Source: an uncultured virus (IMG/VR IMGVR_UViG_3300009183_000076) (lineage: Duplodnaviria; Heunggongvirae; Uroviricota; Caudoviricetes). From it: 64,000 nt of DNA. The stretch is from IMG/VR virus record IMGVR_UViG_3300009183_000076; one strand, given 5' to 3'. The notes below the pieces were generated by a model. That model was not told where the DNA came from, made no database searches, and was given only the letters and a program-made list of their open reading frames with translations. The translations under genes were made by a program, and so were the position numbers. Of the stretch, positions 56,138-64,000 are shown one piece after another; the stretch's first letter is position 1; every line of letters begins with the position of its first letter.

Positions 56138-59100
56138 ATGGCGATTACTACAAGACAAACCAGTTTACTAGTCCAACAGGATTGGACCAAGATTTATCAA
56201 ACCTTCAGGGAAGCAGATTTCCAGAGCTTTGATTTTGAGACCTTACGTAAGTCAATGATTGAGTACTTGCGTACCTACTACCCAGAAGACTTCAACGACT
56301 TTACTGAAAGTTCAGAGTATATTGCTCTCATTGATCTTATTGCGTTTTTAGGACAAAGTTTGGCATTCAGGACAGATCTAAATGCTCGAGAAAATTTTTT
56401 AGACACAGCCGAGCGTAGAGATTCAATTTTAAAACTAGCCAGACTGGTAAGTTATAACCCAAAAAGAAGTATTCCGTCAAATGGATTATTAAAATTCAAT
56501 AGTGTATCAACATCTGAAACAGTGTTTGATAGCACCGGCACAAATTTAAGCAACTTAAATATCACATGGAATGACACAACTAACGAAAATTGGTTAGAAC
56601 AGTTCACAGGCATATTAAACGCAGCATTGGTAAGCACTCAAGCAATAGGAAAACCTGGTGCTAGTCAAGCACTAAATGGTATCAAAACTGATGAATACAC
56701 AGTGGACATCATTAACGGTATAAGTCCAATATATCCCTTTACTGCAAGTATTGCGGGAGTTAGTTATCCTTTTGAAATAGTAAGCCCCACCTCATCTGGC
56801 AGCACTTATATATACGAACAGACACCCAAGCCATTGGGTCTCTTTAATTTTTTATATCGTAACGATAATCAAGGCAATGGATCCAATAACACCGGCTATT
56901 TTTTATACTTTAAACAAGGCGAAATAAAAAGTTTAGACTTCAGTATCACTGACAGTCTTCCTAATCGTATTGTTAATGTGAACTTTGATAATATTAACAA
57001 TAATGATGTTTGGTTGTTTAGTTTAAATTCTAGCGGAGCTCCTGACACACTATGGAATAAAGTTGCGGCCGTTAATGGAATTAATGTCATCTATAACAAC
57101 ACTGATGAACGCAATTTATACAGCATCAACAGTAGAGCCAATGATCAAATTGATTTAGTGTTTGGTGACGGCGCATTTACCAATATTCCTGTTGGCAACT
57201 TTAGAGTATATTTTAGAGTTAGTAATAATCTTACTTATAAAATTACACCAAACGAAATGACCAACATAACTATCGTTGTTCCGTATCGAGGAAGAACTGG
57301 TCGCGCAGAACAATTAACTATTCGTGCAAGTTTACAGTATACAGTTACTAATGCAAGCGCACGAGAAACATTAAACGATATTAGAAATAAAGCTCCACAA
57401 CAATACTATACGCAAAATCGTATGGTCACTGGAGAAGATTACAATGTATTGCCCTATACCTCTTTTAATAATATTTTAAAAGTAAAAGCGGTCAATCGTT
57501 CAAGTTCTGGAATTAGTAGATACTTGGATGTCACTGACGCAACTGGAAAATATTCAAGCACTAACATATTTGCAGAAGATGGTATAATTTACCAAGATGA
57601 AAATTTAGTTACAGAAACATTCCAATTTACTAGTAGTACAGAAGTTAATTTTATTGTTCAAAATGTAATTAAACCTTTAATAGCATCAGTGCCAACAAGA
57701 CATTTATATTACAGTGACACTACTTCAAATTCACGATTTACTTTAACGTCAACTTGGACACAGACTTCGGCAAGTAGTGGTCGCAGTCTAGGAATATTTA
57801 ATAGCAGTAGCTATACCTATTTACAGCAAGGCTCCTTGGTAAGATTTGCGGCCCCAACAGGCCAATATTTTGATGCACAAAATCAACTACAAACTGGAAC
57901 TCCTAAGACAGAATACGAAAAGACAACAATGTGGGCTAGCATTATTTCCTATAACAGTCCTGGTTTAACTAGTGTTGCTACACTTAGTATTGTGGTGCCT
58001 ACAGGAGCGGTACCAAACTTAGTGATTCCGGTATTCGCTACCAGTTGGAACACTACGTTGATCAATGATATTATTAACAACTTGTTAAGTTATAAAACTT
58101 TTGCCTTGAGATATAATATTCCAACAATGGCCTGGGCCATTATTGAAGAATCAAATATTGGTGCAGGATCATATGATTTAACTCATGCAGGTGATACTTC
58201 GGGTACCGGACTTGATACCAGTTGGTTTATTAAATTAAATTTTGCAAATCAAGAATACACAGCAACAAGTAGAGGCCTTGATTATTACTTCCAGAGTGTT
58301 AGAGAAACAAGATTTTATTTTGATCCTGACGTAAAAGTATATGATAGTAGAACTGCAACTACAAAAATAGATTCTGTGAAGGTATTGCGCACTAATACCA
58401 AACCTGATTCTTCGGACAGTTTGTTTTATAATCAATCATACAGAGTTTATAATAGAGTTGTTGAGTCTGATGGGTATGAAGATAATAGAAAAATTATGAT
58501 TACTTTCCCTGATGACAATTTAGACGAAATTCCCGATGATCCGGACTTATTTGTAACCTTGGTTGCACCGGATGTTAACCCAGGGAATAAATTTGTATTT
58601 TTTATACAATCATCAGATCAATTTAACTTCATACGATACGATTCAGTTCCGTCAGGAGAAATTACAAGTCAGTACACAACCCAAGATGAGATTTATACTA
58701 AACTAGCGTTATACCCAGATCAAACAGTGTTTTATGCTAGAGATGAAGATGCCTTCTATCTGAGTAGTGTAACAGACTTGACTCAAATTTATAACTACAT
58801 AGCAAAAGTTGGACGCCAAGAGTTAATGTTCCAGTATACGCACAATGCACCAAACAATAGACGAATTGACCCAAGTCCTAATAATCTAATAGATTTTTAT
58901 ATGTTAACTAGGGATTACAGTGATCAGTATTTTGCTTACATCACTGACACTTCTAATAAAGTGATTGAACCTGTTGCGCCAACTAACAATGAATTAAAAA
59001 TTGAATTTGGCTCAATTGAGGATTTGAAAACAATCAGTGATAGTATAGTGTATAATTCTGCAAAATTTAAACCTTTGTTTGGAAATAAAGCAGAATCTGC

Positions 59101-59437
59101 TCTTAGGGCAACATTTAAAGTTGTCAAGAATCCCAATGTCAACATCAGTGACAATGATGTCAAGAGTCAAGTCATTGGTGCAATTAATACCTATTTTGAT
59201 ATTAATAACTGGGACTTTGGTGAAACATTTTATTTCAGTGAATTAAGTGCATATTTGCATACCGCACTAACACCAAATGTAAGTAGTATAATCATTGTCC
59301 CGTTAACCGGAACAGGATCTTTTGGACAATTATATCAAATTAATGCAGAGCCAAACGAAATTGTTGTTAGTGCTGCTACCGTTGACAATGTTCAAGTTAT
59401 TAATGCAATTACCGCAGGACAGTTAAACCAAATATAG
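56138..59437 (+). CDS. gp6: baseplate wedge protein (gp6-like)
   Basis: DFETLR, ENFLDTAERRDS...LA....Y.P, FGDG, E....IR..AP..Y.TQNRMVT.EDY motifs; TAAATA box at 56114-56119. Confidence 0.88.
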   Translation: MAITTRQTSLLVQQDWTKIYQTFREADFQSFDFETLRKSMIEYLRTYYPEDFNDFTESSEYIALIDLIAFLGQSLAFRTDLNARENFLDTAERRDSILKLARLVSYNPKRSIPSNGLLKFNSVSTSETVFDSTGTNLSNLNITWNDTTNENWLEQFTGILNAALVSTQAIGKPGASQALNGIKTDEYTVDIINGISPIYPFTASIAGVSYPFEIVSPTSSGSTYIYEQTPKPLGLFNFLYRNDNQGNGSNNTGYFLYFKQGEIKSLDFSITDSLPNRIVNVNFDNINNNDVWLFSLNSSGAPDTLWNKVAAVNGINVIYNNTDERNLYSINSRANDQIDLVFGDGAFTNIPVGNFRVYFRVSNNLTYKITPNEMTNITIVVPYRGRTGRAEQLTIRASLQYTVTNASARETLNDIRNKAPQQYYTQNRMVTGEDYNVLPYTSFNNILKVKAVNRSSSGISRYLDVTDATGKYSSTNIFAEDGIIYQDENLVTETFQFTSSTEVNFIVQNVIKPLIASVPTRHLYYSDTTSNSRFTLTSTWTQTSASSGRSLGIFNSSSYTYLQQGSLVRFAAPTGQYFDAQNQLQTGTPKTEYEKTTMWASIISYNSPGLTSVATLSIVVPTGAVPNLVIPVFATSWNTTLINDIINNLLSYKTFALRYNIPTMAWAIIEESNIGAGSYDLTHAGDTSGTGLDTSWFIKLNFANQEYTATSRGLDYYFQSVRETRFYFDPDVKVYDSRTATTKIDSVKVLRTNTKPDSSDSLFYNQSYRVYNRVVESDGYEDNRKIMITFPDDNLDEIPDDPDLFVTLVAPDVNPGNKFVFFIQSSDQFNFIRYDSVPSGEITSQYTTQDEIYTKLALYPDQTVFYARDEDAFYLSSVTDLTQIYNYIAKVGRQELMFQYTHNAPNNRRIDPSPNNLIDFYMLTRDYSDQYFAYITDTSNKVIEPVAPTNNELKIEFGSIEDLKTISDSIVYNSAKFKPLFGNKAESALRATFKVVKNPNVNISDNDVKSQVIGAINTYFDINNWDFGETFYFSELSAYLHTALTPNVSSIIIVPLTGTGSFGQLYQINAEPNEIVVSAATVDNVQVINAITAGQLNQI

Positions 59438-59448
59438 GAAGATAGGCA

Positions 59449-62400
59449 ATGGCCGTAATTAAAAGTATTCAATTTTTACCAGACATTTTTCAGACTGACG
59501 CTAATAAAAAATTTCTGAATGCCACCATTGACCAATTAATTAGCGAACCCAATCTTAAAAAGATCAAGGGTTATATTGGAAGAAAGCTTAGTCCTTCATA
59601 TAAAAAATCAGACAGTTATATTGAAGAAGATACTGCTACTAGACAAAATTATCAACTTGAGCCTTCAATTATTATTAAAAATTCAATCACTGACACAATT
59701 GATTTTGCTACAACGTATAGTGATATTATTAATAAAATAAAATATTATGGCGGATTATCGCAAAATCATAATAGACTATTTGATAACGAATACTATACGT
59801 ATGATCCAAAAATTGATTTGGATAAATTCGTTAATTTTAGTCAATATTATTGGTTAGAAAATGGACCAGGTGCAGTCACGGTGACTGCTGCCGGCATACC
59901 TTTAGTAAACACATTTACTGTAACATACGATAGTCCAACAAAAGCTTATTACTTCACAGGGTACGATAACACACCAAATCCCACCATTACATTGGCACGA
60001 GGTGGAACATACTATTTTGATATAAATGAGCCTGGGAATAATTTTTATATTCAATCCTTACCAGGACAAACCGGAACCAATCCGGCATTACCAAATATTA
60101 ATACTAGAACAATATTAGGAGTCACTGACAACGGTAACGATGTGGGACTAGTTAGATTTAGTGTACCGAGTGAGACTGCGCAAGTCCAGTGGACATCAAT
60201 GACAATAGCAGGAAAAGTTGACTTTGCTACAAATTTAAGCTATCAACAAATACACGGCAGTACTGTTGAAGAAATTAATAGTATTGGTGGATTAGATGGA
60301 TTTTCTGTTTCTTTAACGGCTAAACAAATAATTTTTATTAATAATGAATTAATTGATGACGAGTTTTGGGCAACACCGGAAATAACAGTTGTCGACGGCG
60401 TAGCATACATTGATACTGTTAATCCTGAGACAATGATTCCGTTCAGTGGTAGAAACGACATTTATCAAATTAATATTGTGCCCGATGACACCGAAACAGA
60501 AAGAGTTGTATTAACACCAGTTGTATCTGTTACAGACGAACAAAAAATAATTGTTAAATCTGGCGTAGACAATGTAGGAAAAGAGTTTTATAGCCGTCAA
60601 GGCCTAATTACTGAAGTGCCGCCTATAACGGCACCACTAGCAACACTATTTTATCAAAATGCACACGAAAGTAGTGCAGTTGGCGGAATACAAATAATTG
60701 ATCCAGTAGATGCAACTATTGATCCTGATTTAGAGATAGTGGGTAAAATAAATTATACCAGTCCGAACGGTATTCAATTTACCAACGGATTAAAAATTAC
60801 ATTTGATAGTTCAACCACCTCCACCTATGCAAATAATACATATTATGTTGAAGGGGTAGGCACATCTATTATATTAGTACCTGTTACCAGTTTGATCTGC
60901 GACGAATTAGACAATGATTTATCTACGCCGGATTATCTAACAATTAAAAGAGACAGTATAGATTTAAATGCATGGAGTAGAAGTAATAGATGGTTTCATT
61001 CTGACGTAATTACATTAACATCAACATACAATGATACAGAATTAGTATTTGATCAAAACCTACGAGCTCAACGCCCAATAATTGAATTTCAATCAAACTA
61101 TCAATTGTACAACGAAGGTGCCGAAGCTAAACAACCTATAGATATAATTGATACAACTATTACTAGAGCCTTTACACAAGTGCAAGGAGTAATATGTGCG
61201 TCAGCCGCTAGCCATACGTTTACTGTAGATGGTGAATCTGTTACTCTCACTCACGGTGATAGAGTAATATTCAGTACTGACTTAAACAACAATGTAAGAG
61301 ATAAAATTTTTAACTTTAGTATAATAGAGGCATCAACCTCTCCAACTTTAGTGCGACGTGCTTATATTGAAGAAGCAGATGACTCGTTGGTAGAACAAGG
61401 GCATACAGTACTGGTTAGATCTGGAACCAATGGCGGTAAACAATGGCATTATAACGGTGAATCATGGATCCCTTCACAACTTAAAACCTCAGTTAATCAA
61501 GCTCCTCAATTTGATGTTATTAATGAATCTGGTATAAGCTTGTCTAACCAAGCATCATATCCTGGATCAAATTTTAACGGAACAAAAATTTTTTCCTATA
61601 AAACCGGAACCGGAACAGTTGATTCAGTACTGGGATTTAGTTTAAGTTATAAAAATTTTATTAGTCAAGGCGATATTCAATTTGACAATAATTTTGATTT
61701 TGAAAGTTTTACCTACATTGTGGCAGGCGGAACCGAGTCGGCTAGTATTAATAACGGATTTTTGCAGAAAAATTTATCAAGAACTACCTGCCAAAGACAA
61801 AACATTTGGACTATTAACAATCAATTTAGCAAACAATATCAAATATATGATTTTATATACGACGGAGTAACTAATTTATTTCCTATAGATTATATCCCTG
61901 ACGCCAGTACAGATGTACCAAATATTAAAGTTATTGTAAACAACAATAATTTAGCGGTAGAAAACTTTGGGGTTACAAAAGTAGTAGATAGGTACTCAAT
62001 ATTAATTAATCCTGATATCATCACAGCCAACGATGTAATTTTTGTTTTAATATTTAATAGAGTAAACGTTGCACCAAATGCGTATTACGAAATACCTTTA
62101 AATTTTGATATTAACAGTCTTAATACCAACTTGCAAACATTGACATTGGGTCAAGTTCGAAATCATCTGATTACTATTAAAAATAATAGTTTAAACATCG
62201 TCGGAGATGTACCTGGATCAAATAACTTACGAGATATTAATTTTATTAACAAAGGCGGCAGTATTTTACAGCACAGTGCCCCTGTAGTTTATGCTGGATT
62301 GTTTTTAAATCATCCTACAATGAATTTTGTAAGCAGTCTAAAGTTAGCAAGTAAAGAGTATAATAAATTTAAAATTAAATTTTTAGAATTAGCAGTTAAT

Positions 62401-64000
62401 TTAAACATTGATACCACTGATATCTTGGGTAGTGTTGATTTAATTGTTGCTAATATTAATGCTGCAAAAAATAATACTTTTCCGTGGTATTACAGCGACA
62501 TGGTACCGTTTGGTGATACTGACAGAGTGCTTATACCCACTTATACTATATTAAATGTTGAGTTAAAAAGCTACGAAATAACAAATATATTCAATGATAC
62601 AGTGGTTAGTAATAAATCAGTGTTGGTTTATTTGTCAAGAACTATTAACGGGATAACCACCAAAACATCATTGGTCAGAGGAAGAGATTTTTACTTTAAT
62701 CAAGACCGTCCGGCAATAACTTTTCAACCTACTTTTAATTTGTTATACGGAGACCAAATTGACATTGTAGAATATAATAATACCGATGGTAGTTATATAC
62801 CAGAAACTCCAACCAAATTAGGCATATATCCAAAGTATATTCCAGAAATTTTTATTGACAACACTTATACAACACCTCGGTCTGTTATTCAAGGACACGA
62901 TGGTAGCTTAACACCAGCCTTTGGTGATTATAGAGATGATTTGTTATTAGAACTAGAGCGTAGAATTTACAATAATATTAAAGTAAATTATGACACCAAT
63001 GTTTTTAACTTACATGACTATATTCCTGGAAAGTTCAGAGTCACAGATTATGCATTATCTGAATTCACTGAAATCGTCAGTAAAGAATTTTTAGCCTGGG
63101 TTGGTACAAATAGAATTGATTATACTAGTAATAATGTATTTTCAGCTAGTGATCCTTTTACATGGAACTATCGTAAGTTTAGAGACGTAGTCAACGGCGA
63201 AACTTTACCTGGTACTTGGCGTAGTATCTATAGATATTTTTACGATACAGACCGACCACACACACATCCATGGGAAATGCTTGGTTTCAGCGAAAAACCC
63301 GACTACTGGGACACACGCTATGGACCTGCACCGTATACTGGTGGTAACGACATATTATGGAGTGATCTAAGCACCGGATATATAGCCGAAGGTACACGAG
63401 CTGGATTTGATACAAGATATCAACGACCCAATTTATCTTTTTACATTCCAGTTGACGATAGTGGTAATTTACGTAGCCCCGAAGAAATTTTAGTTGCAGA
63501 TTTTGATAGTCAGAAAGCCAACACTTCTTATGCAGTAGGCGACATTGGACCTGCTGAGTTAGCATGGCGTCGCAGTTCGGAGTTTCCGTTTGCAATGCAT
63601 CTAGCACTGGCTTTAATGAAGCCAGCCAAATACTTTGCTTTATTGACTGATGTTTCGAACTATAACAGAAATTTAGTTACTGCACAGTTTAATGTTAACA
63701 CAACATTCCAACATTTAACTCCTTCGTCGATTCAAATTCATGGATATGACGATAATGGTACAATTATTAGATCTGCCGGGTACATAAATTGGATTAGAGA
63801 TTATCTTAAAAATTTAGGTATTGGTGATCCTGGTACTGTTATTAAAAACAATCTAGACAATCTAAATGTTCAATTGTCCTATAAAATGGCAGGTTACACT
63901 GATAAACGATTCATTGAATTGTTAGCAGAACAAAATAGTCCTAGCAGCATCAATGACAGCGTTGTAATTCCTGATGAAAATTATAGGATCGAACTGTATA
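59449..64000 (+). CDS. very large virion/baseplate protein (partial, >1500 aa)
   Basis: ATG at 59449 (MAVIKSIQFLPDIFQTDANKKFLNATIDQL...); the same frame is open at the window end (...VVIPDENYRIELY). Absent from the ORF track, consistent with no stop in the window. Confidence 0.85.
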   Translation, partial: MAVIKSIQFLPDIFQTDANKKFLNATIDQLISEPNLKKIKGYIGRKLSPSYKKSDSYIEEDTATRQNYQLEPSIIIKNSITDTIDFATTYSDIINKIKYYGGLSQNHNRLFDNEYYTYDPKIDLDKFVNFSQYYWLENGPGAVTVTAAGIPLVNTFTVTYDSPTKAYYFTGYDNTPNPTITLARGGTYYFDINEPGNNFYIQSLPGQTGTNPALPNINTRTILGVTDNGNDVGLVRFSVPSETAQVQWTSMTIAGKVDFATNLSYQQIHGSTVEEINSIGGLDGFSVSLTAKQIIFINNELIDDEFWATPEITVVDGVAYIDTVNPETMIPFSGRNDIYQINIVPDDTETERVVLTPVVSVTDEQKIIVKSGVDNVGKEFYSRQGLITEVPPITAPLATLFYQNAHESSAVGGIQIIDPVDATIDPDLEIVGKINYTSPNGIQFTNGLKITFDSSTTSTYANNTYYVEGVGTSIILVPVTSLICDELDNDLSTPDYLTIKRDSIDLNAWSRSNRWFHSDVITLTSTYNDTELVFDQNLRAQRPIIEFQSNYQLYNEGAEAKQPIDIIDTTITRAFTQVQGVICASAASHTFTVDGESVTLTHGDRVIFSTDLNNNVRDKIFNFSIIEASTSPTLVRRAYIEEADDSLVEQGHTVLVRSGTNGGKQWHYNGESWIPSQLKTSVNQAPQFDVINESGISLSNQASYPGSNFNGTKIFSYKTGTGTVDSVLGFSLSYKNFISQGDIQFDNNFDFESFTYIVAGGTESASINNGFLQKNLSRTTCQRQNIWTINNQFSKQYQIYDFIYDGVTNLFPIDYIPDASTDVPNIKVIVNNNNLAVENFGVTKVVDRYSILINPDIITANDVIFVLIFNRVNVAPNAYYEIPLNFDINSLNTNLQTLTLGQVRNHLITIKNNSLNIVGDVPGSNNLRDINFINKGGSILQHSAPVVYAGLFLNHPTMNFVSSLKLASKEYNKFKIKFLELAVNLNIDTTDILGSVDLIVANINAAKNNTFPWYYSDMVPFGDTDRVLIPTYTILNVELKSYEITNIFNDTVVSNKSVLVYLSRTINGITTKTSLVRGRDFYFNQDRPAITFQPTFNLLYGDQIDIVEYNNTDGSYIPETPTKLGIYPKYIPEIFIDNTYTTPRSVIQGHDGSLTPAFGDYRDDLLLELERRIYNNIKVNYDTNVFNLHDYIPGKFRVTDYALSEFTEIVSKEFLAWVGTNRIDYTSNNVFSASDPFTWNYRKFRDVVNGETLPGTWRSIYRYFYDTDRPHTHPWEMLGFSEKPDYWDTRYGPAPYTGGNDILWSDLSTGYIAEGTRAGFDTRYQRPNLSFYIPVDDSGNLRSPEEILVADFDSQKANTSYAVGDIGPAELAWRRSSEFPFAMHLALALMKPAKYFALLTDVSNYNRNLVTAQFNVNTTFQHLTPSSIQIHGYDDNGTIIRSAGYINWIRDYLKNLGIGDPGTVIKNNLDNLNVQLSYKMAGYTDKRFIELLAEQNSPSSINDSVVIPDENYRIELY

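Noticed and set aside
1..64000. Stop-codon reassignment as seen in some jumbo phages
   Set aside because: Conserved genes are full length in the standard code, and TAA, TAG and TGA all serve as stops.

Overview
This 64-kb window is the virion-morphogenesis region of a large T4-like (myovirus, probably jumbo) bacteriophage that uses the standard genetic code. 1-28.6 kb (minus strand) is a long array of tail-fibre and virion accessory genes built from repeated, paralogous cassettes. 28.8-37.2 kb (minus) is the head module (gp23, gp22, gp21, acidic core protein, gp20 portal) plus a tape-measure-like gene. 37.2-38.3 kb (plus) is a gp26-like gene pair joined by a candidate -1 frameshift. 38.7-47.9 kb (minus) is an operon with the late sigma factor gp55, gp47 and gp46, interleaved with modification enzymes (amidinotransferase, two radical SAM proteins, an SDR) and ending in a minimal GIY-YIG nuclease. 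47.9-64 kb (plus) holds baseplate genes (gp48/54-, gp53-, hub-, gp5-, gp25- and gp6-like) and a very large ORF running off the end. TAAATA late-promoter boxes precede most structural transcription units. The most striking unexplained element is a ~400-nt, densely base-paired, pseudoknotted non-coding region starting right after the GIY-YIG stop codon, a candidate nuclease-associated RNA. All product calls come from motif recognition and synteny, not database searches.
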